Positions 42,099-56,142 of a stretch of DNA of 64,000 nt are shown in pieces; position 1 is the first letter of the stretch, and each line of letters starts with the position of its first letter. The DNA is from Chrysomallon squamiferum (lineage: Eukaryota > Animalia > Mollusca). The position numbers and the translations under genes were made by a program. The notes beneath the pieces were generated by a model. That model had not been told where the DNA came from and ran no database searches. It saw only the letters and a program-made list of their open reading frames with translations. Where the stretch lies: assembly GCA_012295275.1 (NCBI GenBank), contig CM022665.1, positions 28,396,001 to 28,460,000 of the forward strand. Reading direction: 5' to 3'.

Positions 42099-42581
42099 AA
42101 AGTAGTATTTGTAGTAGTAATAGTAATAATAATATATAATATATTTATAAAAACAATAAAACATTATTTACAACTTATATCGAGTATTACAAAATATTTG
42201 CTATTTCTAGTTTACGTTATAAGTTTGATAGTAACAACAAATCATAAATTAACGTTCGGTAAGTCCTGAATTAAACATCTGCGCACGTTTTACTTAATTT
42301 GTGTAGCCGATGCTGAACAGTTCGTTATGTTTTTCGATCTGGTTTGAGTGCGAAAAGGGCGATATTTTAAATACTTTTTAGTTTATTAAACATGTATTTC
42401 AGTTTGAGAATGTAAATTTTCACTCTGATCTGCAACTAGTCAGGATTTTCAAGGTAGCTAATATGCATATGTTTGATCTGTTTTAACACTGCATTTCTAA
42501 TCCATTCCACTTAATTCTGTTTTCATTTCTTGCAAAGCCTTTTAATATTCTTCTTTTCTTTTTGATTTTATTATTATTATT

Positions 42582-42793
<212 letters not shown>

Positions 42794-44465
42794 ACTTTGA
42801 ATAAAAGAAAGAAACTGTACTTTGTACATGTCTCCACGCATATATAATGAAATACATAATTTACTGAAACTTTCAGATTCTATCTATATATGTCTTATTA
42901 ACCAAGCACTAATTTCACCAGAAAATAACCAGTCTTTATGTTTGTGGATATCTGGAGTTTCTCTGGCTACAGAAAGGTGAACTACGTATGCACGATTAGA
43001 TCTCAATTGCTCAAGTAGGCTACGCATGTCGTACCTGCTAAATATTAATAACTGTATTTCGCCAGATCTTGTTCGCCCAGTCCAGGTATTAATTCAGCTT
43101 TCTTGTTTTGCAAATAAGAATACCCGAAAGTTAATCTATATAAAACTCTAGAAAGAAAAGAATTCTTAAGACCTCTTGATCCCTCTTATATTAATTCGAA
43201 GGGACAATGAAATATGAGGTGGGATTCAGGTGGAATAAATAATACATGTGATAATGTCTTCACGCGGCTAGTTTTGGGTAATGATCCGTTAGTGGAAATA
43301 AATCACTGTAAATAATCCGTTATTTTTTTTTAAAAAATATTAATTATTTCTAACGGTCAGTGCCAGCGATCTGATTTATTATTCAAGTTGAGAAGATTTA
43401 ATAACTTTGTGCTGCAAAACAGTTTACCTCTGTGATTCACCGTTACCATGGTTACTCTGTAAACAGTTAATAATAAACCGAGGATGAGCTAATGCGAAAC
43501 TGATATTCATACATATAACCCATAGTCAAACGTACATTCACATACATTCATACATACATACATACATACACACACACACATACATACATACATACACAGA
43601 CAAACACATAGACAAACACACACAGACACCATACATACATAGATGCACTTGTAAAATGTGTAAAATTTCAGTTGGAGCTAAATATCTTTAAATCAAATGA
43701 GAATTATGTTTTAGGTTATTAGAAGATTACGGTTATTGGGCAAGTTCATGTAGAAACTCGTAAGGGATTATAAGAGATCATTTTGGATGTTCAGTTGTAT
43801 AACGTTGGAGTCTATTTATGCACATTTGCTTCAAATTAAGAAATAGCGTGCCTTTGTGTTTACGCGTTTTGGTTTAAACTTATTAGTTGTGCATATGTGT
43901 ATGTACGTATGCTTGTATCTATTCTCGTCGGTACGAGCAGATGCTTATGTGTGTATGTATATGTGTATCGTTTTAATAAAAAAAATTATGTGTCAATGTA
44001 GGGGTTTGTGTGTGTACGTATCCGTGTTATTTCTTTGTGTGCGTATCTTTGCGCTCAGATGCATGTATGTTTATACGTCTACTTGTAAGTACATGTGTAA
44101 TTATGTTTGTGCGAATTTCTTTGCGTATACGATGAGTGTTAGGTTTACTGTCTGTTTTGTGTTATTATTTATTATTAATATTTACTTTTTTATTTGCTGT
44201 TTTGTGTATGTGTAAGACTTTCTGTATGTATGTACGTCCTTGTGTATTTGTGTGTGTATATACGCCTCTATACGTATATGAATGAAAAAACGTGATTTTT
44301 ATTTTAAGTACGTGTTTATGTATATGTGTACATGTATTTGTATATTTGTACGTATGCAGGTCTGTTTTTATATTTATATGGATGTTGGTCGGTTTATATC
44401 TGTTTGTCTCTCTGTTTATCCATCTGTTTGTCTGTCTGTATAAGTAAAGTCTATATACTTTAGCA

Positions 44466-44503
44466 GGTTCCTATGCAGTTCGGTTCCTATGCAGTTCGGT
44501 TCC
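44466..44503. repeat. 16-bp tandem duplication (GGTTCCTATGCAGTTC x2.4)
   Basis: Read directly. Confidence 0.9.
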
Positions 44504-45208
44504 AAAACAGGGGCTCCGCATGTCTGTTATTCTGTCTGCTTCCTTTTTTATTTCCACATTCCAGGGTCTCGCACACGAGTGAGTAAGTCTGTAGCTTTTC
44601 TTTTTTCTTTTTTCCGAGTGTCACACTTTCTAAGAGTAAGCGTTCTTTTTACTGAAGTTCCTTCAGTTTTCTTAACGATTTTCACAAGGCAATGGATATT
44701 AATTTGTTTTTTTTTCTTTCAAAGCTACATTATTTAAGCAATAATGTGTGGATTTCTTATAAACTCAGGTTTTCATCTTCGCTAATCTTTAACACTATGG
44801 AAATATGGTTCAGAATTTATATCAATTTCGGACTGCAGTTATCTTGTTTTCAGGGAGAATAATTTTAATATTCAGTATTCACAGTAGTTATTGATGTGAA
44901 TTGTTTTTGCATCTGACTCTATAGTTGGTCTGTTAGATGTTCTCGATTACAGCAGTTTACAAGTAAAATAATGTAAATACGTTTTTGAGTGAACCTGCGT
45001 CACTCTACATACTATAATAATAACAATAAAATAAAATTGTTTTTCTCATGGGAACCGGCTGCCACTTAAATAATATATATATATACATATGAAAACAGGG
45101 TCCATAAACTATATAAATATGTGATTTATACCGATTGATTTAAGATCGAACTGAAGATAATATGACAGAAGCCGACTAATTTATTCAGACAAAATGAGCT
45201 GTAAAAAC

Positions 45209-45261
<53 letters not shown>

Positions 45262-45384
45262 TGAAGTTTGTGAACAAAATCAGTGCAGCTGTTTCTGGTT
45301 AGAGCATGACATACTAAAGAACAAACGAAATTCCCAGAATCTGCTTCCATATATGTGTGTGTGTTTTTTTAAATATTTAATGAC

Positions 45385-45495
45385 GAGAGGAAACCAGCTG
45401 TCGCTACATACAGTAAACTACTGTTATACGTTAGCCTCAAGCAAATCGTTTTATCTGAACCTTTCCGCAGAAACGGAAGAGCACACACCAGGTTT
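45385..45495 (+). mobile_element. SINE-like repeat fragment (same family as 7715-7866)
   Basis: GAGAGGAAACCAGCTGTCGC...TTAGC..CAAG...TTTTAT...CCGCAGAAACGGAAGAGCACAC aligns with the 7715 copy. Confidence 0.55.
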
Positions 45496-45506
45496 TTTTG
45501 TTCTTT

Positions 45507-45585
<79 letters not shown>

Positions 45586-46151
45586 ATTAACAGAGCTCTG
45601 GGTGAAACAGACTAACAGCTGCACAGAGCAGTATTAATTTTCCCGACGTGTCCATACGGAAACCTTTTCATTCGATCAGCAGGATATATAAACTATACGG
45701 ATAACCAAACTGATACGTAGACACGCTATACAATGATCATCTTGTATACGTGACATTTGTGATAGGCCGTCTCGTCTGTAATTAAATCTCACACAGGTCA
45801 CACAGACAAGAAACCGCATCACAATTAGTCTTTAATCACATACAAATTGTGTCCGGAAGCATCAGCTGATCAATACAATTACTCGCTGCCTCATTTGCTT
45901 TCAGAGCCGAGCCTCCGAGCGATTTCCCTGATTAATATCATCAATGACGAGTGACATTCACTGAGTGTGTTCGTCACAACATTGCTTAACGTTGTCAATA
46001 AATGACAGTAGAGATTTTTTTGTGGCCATAAAAATACCCAAGCACGAACTCACGAGTTTAAATATATAACATATGCTTTCTCTGTACGTCCTATATATGA
46101 ATGTTTGTGTCTGTGTCTTTATCGCTGTCTGTGTGTCTATCTATCTATCTC

Positions 46152-46240
<89 letters not shown>

Positions 46241-46252
46241 TTATCTATATTA

Positions 46253-46283
<31 letters not shown>

Positions 46284-46811
46284 TATAGGTTCTTTTTTTA
46301 ATGATTGTTTTCGTTTTTAATTTACTATTTTTAGTTTTTTTATTGGTATTTTCCTTTCTTTCTTTCTTTATCTATCTGTCTTTCTTTCTTTCTTTTGTTT
46401 GTTTGTTTGTTTTAGTTATAATAGTTTTGAAAGGGCCTGTTTACTTTCGTGCAAACGCACATATAAATATGTTGCATTTCTTCTGTTGTTTAGTATACAC
46501 GTTTACTGTGTTTATCTTGGTAGATCTAACGCTTGGCTGACTAGTTTACTGCTTCTCAGCTCGTTTAGAAAAAAAATATAAACATTGAACTATCACCTTG
46601 TTAGAATCTCATGAATCCAAGACTTTCTGGCAAACCTTACGAAGTTTCAGCTGTTTTTTACTCTGCATTCTTACATACAGAATTTCGCTTTGTTTCTCGT
46701 TTTTGTTTGTTTTGTTTTTGTTTTTCTCTATCAGTTACCGTCTGTTTCTGTAAAGACACACACAACTTTTAAACGGAACAAAAAAGTAAAATATAATAAT
46801 TAAACTACAAC

Positions 46812-46911
<100 letters not shown>

Positions 46912-49900
46912 CGTTACTTCTTTGTATTTTATTTTATTTTTTTATTGTTTCTTAAATATCACATTTTCACCATCATTATCGTCTAATCTGTTTTTCTTCG
47001 TTCGCTACGTCTATTACGCACTTGGAATTCAGTTGTAGTGCTATAAAAACTAGTCTGTTCTGACTATCTGATAAAACTTCAGAAGTGACACCGATTTGCT
47101 CTGACCTTCCGGGATCGTAATAACAGTGTTTTTAATTTTAGTGAGTATAAACTGAAAATGTATTATTCATTTATTCACTTATTTATTTGTTTGTATGTTT
47201 ATTCGTTTATTACTCTTTTCTTTTTTTTTTTTTTTTTTATGTTTTATTTATTTATTTTTATTTACTCATTATTATTATTATTATTTTTTATTATTATTGT
47301 TATTCTTTTTTATTTTTTGTTCTTTTATCTTAAATCAATGTATTTGTTTCCTTTTTTTACCACTTTTTTTTTCTTTTCTTTCTTTCTTCTTCTTACAACT
47401 ATCGTCATCAGTATCATCAAATTACATTTCGCGAGCTTTTGGGATTGTACATAAAACAAAATCGACCTTTATCTCCCGCAAGATTTTAATCCAGTATATT
47501 TTCAAGTTGTCACTGATTTCCGCATAACGTTTATGAGGAAGTCTCCTGTTGCAAGAAATCAGTTTGAGAAAAAGAAAAAGAGAGAGAAAAAAAAAATCAT
47601 GCTGTTGGGAAATTTCACATGCACTGCATTTTAGCTTAATGTCACAGAGCAAAACGAAAGGATAATTTGGTTCAGTTGTCATTTACAGTTATCATTGACA
47701 ACAACAGTATGCCTAATCAATGACAATTATGGACATCACTGTACAAAATGACTTGTCAGGGTTAGTCAGTTCGAAATCGTTACTAACGAATGGCTTGTCT
47801 GTATGTCCAAGGAAACTCAATAAATAACGGTTTTGAAAAAGCAGGAAGAACATACGAAGAGAAGCAGGGATTATTTAAAAATAAAAAAAAAAAAAAAATA
47901 AAAAGAAGATAAATGTAATACACATGGATGGTGCCGGCTTTTTATTTATTGATCTATATTTGTCTTTTATATGGGTTTTTTCTTTCTTTCTTTCTTTTTT
48001 AAATTTTTTTTTTTTTTTTTTTTTTTTTTGTGATTTTTGGGGAGTGCTTTTTTTTTTTTTTTCATTTTCTTTACAATGAAATACATTTTTAAGACGAAAA
48101 ATAATATCTCTACTATTACGGAGAAACGATAGAAATACATAATAAAAAAATAAATATATAAATAAATTAAAAAATAATAAGGGTTTTAAAGGTGAATGTG
48201 AATTCCTTTAAAAAAAAAAAGTGAAAGAAGAGTTTATCTATGCCATATTTTGCCAATGGTTTGTTTTTGCAAGACATCTTGTTCTAATCTTTTAATTCTA
48301 ACATCTAAGATAAGTGTAGGAACAGACTTACAGGTTTTGTTAGTGTACGAAGCTTCGAGCAGAGAAGTGTGGATTCTAAATATTAATGTTTGACTGTTGG
48401 TGTTTATCTGAATGGCGCCAAGTCCCAATTATTTGTCGAAATTATATTTCCCCCTCACTGGATTTTATTTATTTATTTATTTATTTATTTATATATTTAT
48501 TTATTTTTATTTTTATTATTTTTTATTATATATATATATATATATAATTTTTTTTTTTTTTTTTTCGAATTCTTACAACATGAGATGTCTGCCCATGAAA
48601 AGGATTTTTTTTTTTTTTTTTTTTTATCGGTTTATTTTTTTTTGTATTGGATATAATCATAAATATATTATCAAGTAATTGCATTTCTTTGTTATCTTTG
48701 TTATTTATTATTCATTCATTGATTCATTCATTGATTCATTCACTCATTAACTTATTTATTTATTCATTTATTCACGACTTTCACACCAAATGTTTATATG
48801 CATTGTATTACTTAACCAAATCAGGAAAAGAAAACGCAAATGATGCGATGATTATTATGACAACGATAACGACGACAACGGTGATGGTGTTGTAACGATG
48901 ATGATGAATGAAACGAGAAAGGAAGAAGACCATAAATCTCTTCGAGATGTTACAACGAGCACAAAACTGTGTTCTTTTCCATTAAAATTTCTCATTATTC
49001 TTTTCAGTTAGCTCTACCTGACATCAATCAGCTAATGTTAAAGAAAAAACCATCAAGAAATTCCTTCATGATTTATCTTTCTTTCTTTCTTTCTTTTTCA
49101 AAAAAAAAAAAAAAAAAAATAAAAAAAAAAAAAAAAAGGAACTGAAATATCAATTCACTGCTAGATAATGTACGCCATGCACACCATTTCACTTCAACAT
49201 GACAGATCTGCCAATTTTAACACGTGATGCTAAATTCATGTGACGTCTTCCTCCTCATTTAAACAACTTCGCCTGTCAGAATGAAGAATTTAGTTTCACT
49301 TTATTACTGTTTGCTAGTTTATGCGGCGATAATTGCCTTCTAAATTAAGAGGCAATATGTTTCCGAGGCAACGCCAGTAACGACAATCATGCTTTGAGCT
49401 GGGAGTAACGTACGTCTATTTTTAAAAGGTATCCACTTACATACTACGTTCACAAAATATGTCAAGACATTTGTTTACATAAACATACTGCTTTTTATCA
49501 ACTGCCCAGCATGAAGGATGGGTCTGTTAGCATCAGAAGAATTGTGGCGAATGAGTAAAGATGGTTTGGGATAGGTGTAGCTACGAAACAACTAAAATTT
49601 ATACTTTTTAAAAAAAAAATGTAAATTGATTTTAAAACTGGCTTATTACGTTCTTTTTCTTGTTTTATATAATAATAATTATTATTATCATCATCATCAT
49701 CATTATTGTTATTGCTGTTGTATCTGTTTTGTTATGTTGTTATAATCTTAGCTGCTAATTCTGAAAGCATGTGCTAATTTACGGTTATTTTAAATTCATT
49801 CTAGAATCATAATTACTTTCAAACAGTCACGAGCTTTTTTTGGTTTGTTTTGTTTTTTGTGTTAAAGTTTAGACAAACGAAAAATCTGTCTTAAAATAAA

Positions 49901-51462
49901 TTTAAACATTCCCTGTATTTTAAATTCGAAACTGTTATTCACTAACAAGGTCTGTTCTGGTGTGTTATTTACAAAAGTTACGCATTTTAGAGTGTAAGTA
50001 TAAAGACTACACGTCATCATCTAACATACTAACCGGTTATTGCAATAATATCAAGGCCTCTTGCAGATGTTACAATGTTGTTGTTTTTATTTCTGAATTA
50101 TTTATTTATTTATTTGTTTATTTATTACCTTTATTTTCTTTTTTAATAATAGTATTTCTTAACATCTTCATTAAAAGCAAACAATGGAATTTGGTTATCT
50201 GTGTAGTAAACTCGGTATTACTGAAATAATGAATATGCAAATGAGGTTCATCCGGTCCAAAGCTCTATTTTCTCAATCAGAGACGCCATTTTTGCCGTAG
50301 ATTACAAACAGGCTTTATGGCAGCAATTATTCATAGAAACCGACAGAGTTAGTTAACTTGATTGATTAACTCTACAACAGAGGTCGCCATCTTTTGATTG
50401 ACTACGTTAACCGTTTTTCACGAGAAAAATTGACCAGATTAACTTAGTGTGAATTTAACAAACTGTAAACATGTTTTATTGTTTATTTGTTGTTGTTGTT
50501 GTTTTTTTATTATTTTTTTTTTATTCTATTTTTTGACTGGGACATTAATGGAAATATTAACAGCAGTAGTGATACCAGCAGTGATTATAACAGTACTAGT
50601 AACATTAAAGAAAGTAGCAACAACATCAGCAGGCTAACGTTAGTAGCAAAAAAAAATTGGTTTCGAGAAAGATTTTTACATGTATAGACTTTACAAAGCT
50701 GAGAGACATTTTAAAATAACTATGTTTTTTTCCTTCTTCTTCTTTCACAACAATGAAATAAAGAAAGACAGAATAAAAACAAAAACATGATCGGCTTTCT
50801 CTAATTGTAAGCAGATAGAGGATACAGTCTTTGATTGATCGTTCCCCGTTTCTTCAGCCGCAGACACAACAGTAATCTTCCAGACAAATGGAAAGTGGTT
50901 CTGCACCATCTATCATGTTCAGTGTCGCTCCTGTCAAAGAGAGTGAGAGGAAAATGCTACAGGCGAAATTCTACTATCGAGATGGGAATCGCTTGGTAAT
51001 AACCGACAACTATTTTACCAATGCTGGATTGGCAATGTGGTCTTAGTTATGAGCAATTTTCGCTATTTTTTATAATTAGTTTTATAGCTTGTTTAATCAG
51101 ATTAGTCTTTCAGAATTTAATAGATTGTAAAGGACAGCATGTCGTAAAGTTTTTTTTTTTTTTTTTTTTAAAGAAGAATAAGGAAATAACCAATTCCAGT
51201 CACATTAGTTGAAATTTGCGAACGTAAATTAACTCTTTAATGAGATCTTTAGAGAATGTTCCTTCTAGCAACAAACTGTCTCTAATTTTAACTTAAAGTA
51301 AACACATTATTGTGTTTTCTCAAAACACGTAAAATGAAAAACACGATCAAGAGTCTTTCGCTAGTGTTTTTATCTTCTGCATTTTTTTTTTTTTTTTTTT
51401 TTTTTTCTTTTTCGGATAATGGAAAAGAAACAAAAGCGCGAAAGAAGCAGGTAGTTGAAGAA

Positions 51463-51506
<44 letters not shown>

Positions 51507-53304
51507 AATAATAATGATAATGATGATGATGATGATAATAATATTAATAATAATAATTAACAATTAATAATAGTAACAGTAATAATAATAGTAATAACAA
51601 CAACCAGAGAAAACAGACTATTTTAAATCACAAAATAACAATGGATTTTTCTTAATCTTTATTTTCCAGGTCTCAGACTGAGCTGTGTTTCGCAGATCTG
51701 TTACCATAAAACTTGAAGTCAAAACTAATTAGAATCAATGTCATAGCAACGGTTTTTCGATAGACAACAGAAGCTTAAAGTTCCACGTTTTATTATACCA
51801 TAATCTTAATTGAGGTGATAATAAACAGTGCTGCTGGGAGATGAATGTTCCATCAGATATTATACGTTTATTACATACACTGTCATGTATCTGTAATCTG
51901 TTACCGTCAGTAAATCCATGATATTAGTAAATCCCTTCATCTATGGTAAGGGTTCAGGTTACATATTAAACGTTATTTACAGACTTTTCAAAAAATCATT
52001 TTTACCTTCATGTTATATGAAAATATTAAAAGCATAACGACCAGTGTTATTTATTTATTATTTTTTTTTTATTTTTTTCATCTTGTTGTTGTAGTTGTTA
52101 TTATTGAATCCTTTTTTTTTTTTTATCTTCTGGTGATGATATTCGTCCATGGTTAAGTTTCATTATAAATGTACAATTCAAGAACAGAAACATAAGGTAA
52201 AGTACCAGCAGACGTTTGCACTGCAGCATTGTAATGGTTTTCGATAAATAGATTGTGGTCAACTTTCCTTAACACAGTCCTGTAATAAAATACAGTGTAG
52301 TTACATGCGACGTTAACGAATTTTTAAACAACTGCAACAAATCCTATGGTATTATTATCATCTTCATCGTCACCGTCGTCATCATCATCATCATCATTTT
52401 TAATCTAGACTCCACTAAGGATTATTTTAAAGCAAGACAAAATTTACTGTGCACATTTGTAATTGTATAAAACGGCAATGAATTCCACTTTCTATGGGAT
52501 TACAGCTACCCGTTGATCAAACTGTTCGGTTTCCTGTTACTGAAATGGCATCGCCTATTTGACTGAATTAGAAAAGAACAAAAAGAGGACTGCAACGTTA
52601 AACTTTGATTTGATGTTACTGGTGGTAAAAGGTTCACGTCAGTAAATATTTTATCCTTTAAGTACACATCCCTGAATTTTAAAAATCCTGAACATCAGTG
52701 TTGTTGTTTTTTGATTCTGTTGTTAAATTATCGGGATTCGAGGGAAGGGAGGTGAGCAGTGCGCGATAGCTGTTTTCTAATCTTAAAAAAATGATTTGGA
52801 ATAAATAATTTAACTGATTAGTAGTAGTAGTAATTGCAGTGGTGGTAATAGTGGCAATGTAGTAACAGTAGTAATAATAGAAGTAGTAGAAAAAGCAGCA
52901 GTAGCAGTCAGAGTGAAGAATCTAAATGATCTATAATAATATTTAAAAAACCCAAAGAAACACAAATTATAGGCAACATTAATTTATTTATTCAAGTTTC
53001 AAAGAATAAGCACTCTTTTATTGCTGGACGTCAGGTGAAACAAGCTGGTATAACACTTTTTAACTAACAATAGAGAATTCATTAAGAATTTTTTTTTTTT
53101 TTTTTTTTTATAGCACCTTTTAATGTATGACATAACTCACCATTGCACAGAATGTTTACTATACAGACAAACATGTTTAAGGTTTTTGATATCAGTCGAC
53201 TGAGAAAAGTATTCTCTTTAGGAAAGAGCGAGTCAGTGTTAGTCGAAAGTTCAAAAACGAACAAGACTATCCTTATTATTTGACAAAATTATTATTTCAT
53301 TTAT

Positions 53305-53335
<31 letters not shown>

Positions 53336-53375
53336 AAATAAATTAATAAAATTAATAAAATAATAAATAAAAAAA

Positions 53376-53414
<39 letters not shown>

Positions 53415-55687
53415 CAATAATAAAATTAAAATATATTAAAAAATAAAAAATAAAAATAAAAAAATAAAAATAAATAACGAAATGATCCTCAGATTTTGAA
53501 TCTACAGTACGCATCATTCAGAGGAATAAATGGAAATCATTACAGAGAAACGTCTGCTTACGAAAATTTAACTGTACACGGTTTTGATAACGTTCTATCA
53601 TTTTGGCGCCATCGTTATGTATGTTATTCATCGACGAAACATTTTAAACATCAAATTTTTAAACAAGAGGTTATTAAGTAGTTAATAAATAAATAAAATT
53701 GATTATTTCCCAAAGATCTACTTTAGTATTCAATACAGAAATAGCGGAATGACGAGGCATACTAAAACCGTCATCTCCAGTCCTCCGAGATTTAATTTTA
53801 ATAATTTAAGTGCTTCAGGCATTTCAGAGAATAATAATGAAAATGTGATATTTGCAAAAGGATAATGATTACATTAGATACAATTATTTTAATGGAGAAC
53901 AGACACCGTATATGTATCTGTATAAACAGAGGCTATATTTATGGCAAGTTGTTTGTTATGCTTAGCGGTCGATTAAAAAACATCGATTGAAAAACGTTTA
54001 TTTTTTTCCATTTAATCCGTCATCGTTTAATGCGTAGCATGTACTTCAAAGAGACGGTAGCCAAGTAAATATATATTGCAGTTAATGATTCATAAACAAC
54101 TAAGTCTTGAATCGTAACAAATTTGAAAACAAGAAAAAAAAAAAAAAAAAAAAATCAAATAGTAAAACTCTGATACAAAACTAAAAAAAAAAAAAAAAAA
54201 AAAAAAAATTGAAAAAAAAAAAAAAAAAAACCAATTAAAAAAGAAAGCTAAAATTTTGCTCCAAACCAAAATGTCTTAAAAACAAATGTAAGCGAGATTT
54301 TCAAATGTCAAGAGAAGACGAACTTAACAGGACCTACAAAAAAAAAGTTTAAAATAATAAAAATATAAAAAAATATAAAAAAAATATAATAATAATAAAT
54401 GACAATTTATTTGTTAATTTGGTATTGAACATATTTCACTGAATATAACTCAGTGTGAAATAACATTTTACATTTAATAATACCCAAAGAACTATCTGAT
54501 TCATGACATTCTGAACTGAATTATATATATATATATATTGCAGCACCAATTGGAAACAGAACATTAATATTATGAAAATCCATACTGAACAGTTTAAGCA
54601 GTGATAATAATAATAATAAGTAAATAAATAAAATTTCAATTACAAAAATAAATATTACATTTAATTTAATTTATTTATTTATTTATTTATTATTTTTGTT
54701 AATATCATTATTTTGACAAATTGTAAGTTCAGTTATGTTAACATACCAAACATTGTTGTTAAACAAATCTTAAGTAAATTAAATGAAATATAGCAATAAA
54801 ACAGTGTCCACTTGCAAATATTGTGTCATGCTAACCATATTAAAGTTCTTAATAAAATAATAATAATAATAATAATATAAAAATGTATTTATTAAATTCA
54901 AAGTTACTGAAGATTTTATTCAATTTGTGATTATTGTTATTATTATTACTATTATTATTACTACTACTATTATTATTAAACCATTTTAAAAAACATTATC
55001 TCCAAATTCATGAAACTATCTACAGTTAATACCTCCAAAGCTTGGAGTCATTTAAAACAAAATGTATGACAAAGTAATGCTTTCTGGAATTAATCAAAAA
55101 CTGGGAAAAATAAAATAAAATAAAATAGTAACACCAAAAATTAATAATTCAAATAGAAAATCTCATTAAGTAAAAATTTCATAGCATCTTGCAGTGCCCC
55201 TCAGATCTAAATGTTTCAAGTTCTCAATCAATATCATTAGCAATAACATTATGAAAAAAAGAAAAAAGAAAAGAAGAAAAAAAATCTTTTAACAGCAAGT
55301 AATACAATGGATTTCAATTTGTACCAACATACATATACAACAATTTATTTGTGTGTATACACTTATGATTTGTTGTAATTATACTTGGATAATATATATA
55401 TAAATTGAACCATTGCAACAAATATTTGTGTGTGTGTGTGTGTGTGCATAAGCATATGTAACCATGCATGCAAGTATGTATGTGTGTATATATGTATCTA
55501 GGTAGAATGTGAAAAAATAAATAAATCATGTGCTTCTTTTTTATAACAACAAGCAAACTGCATTAAACTGCAGCGACCATGTCAATAAAAACATATCATT
55601 GACAACAGCAGTGTCATTTGTTCATCATCCACTCACCAAAGAAAATTTCAACATCAACACATAAATTATAAGATATACTTAAAATAA

Positions 55688-56142
55688 TTAATATCTCTCT
55701 CTCCCACCTCTTCCACCTCTGCCCCCTCTCCCACCCCGAGCCCGACCTCTACCATCTCCTTGATAAGAACCACCTCGTCCACCACCCCCTGCTTGATACC
55801 CACCACTTCCACCTCCGTGATATCCCCCATTGCCACTGCTCTGATAACCCCCACTTTGATACCCTCCACTTTGGTAACCTCCCCCTTGGTAGCCTCCCCC
55901 TTGGTAACCTCCACTTTGGTAACCTCCACCTTGATAACCTGCATTTGCCTGATACATCCCACCTGTCTGATGCCCAGTATCACCACCCTGATAACCACCT
56001 CCCTGTCCCCTGTAGCCACCACCTCCCTGTTTCCACTGCTGGCCCACATTCTGGCCCTGTGCATCCCATCCACTTTGTACCCGCCCTCTTCCTCCTCTTC
56101 CCCCAGCAGAACCTCCTCTATCGCCTCCTTGTCCACCTCCGC
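55688..56142 (-). CDS. FAM98A: FAM98 terminal exon (RGG / GGYQ low-complexity tail)
   Basis: Acceptor TTTGCCAG, phase 1. Encodes GGGQGGDRGG...(GGYQ[G/S])n...RGGRGGRGGRERY*. Confidence 0.93.

Noticed and set aside
53192-53203. 12-bp perfect palindrome TCAGTCGACTGA
   Set aside because: Several such palindromes are expected by chance in 64 kb, and nothing supports it in context.
47690-55612. 18/19 match TATCATTGACAACA(A/G)CAGT at 47690 and 55594
   Set aside because: Roughly chance-level for all-against-all comparison of 64 kb of AT-rich DNA, and the flanks do not extend the match.
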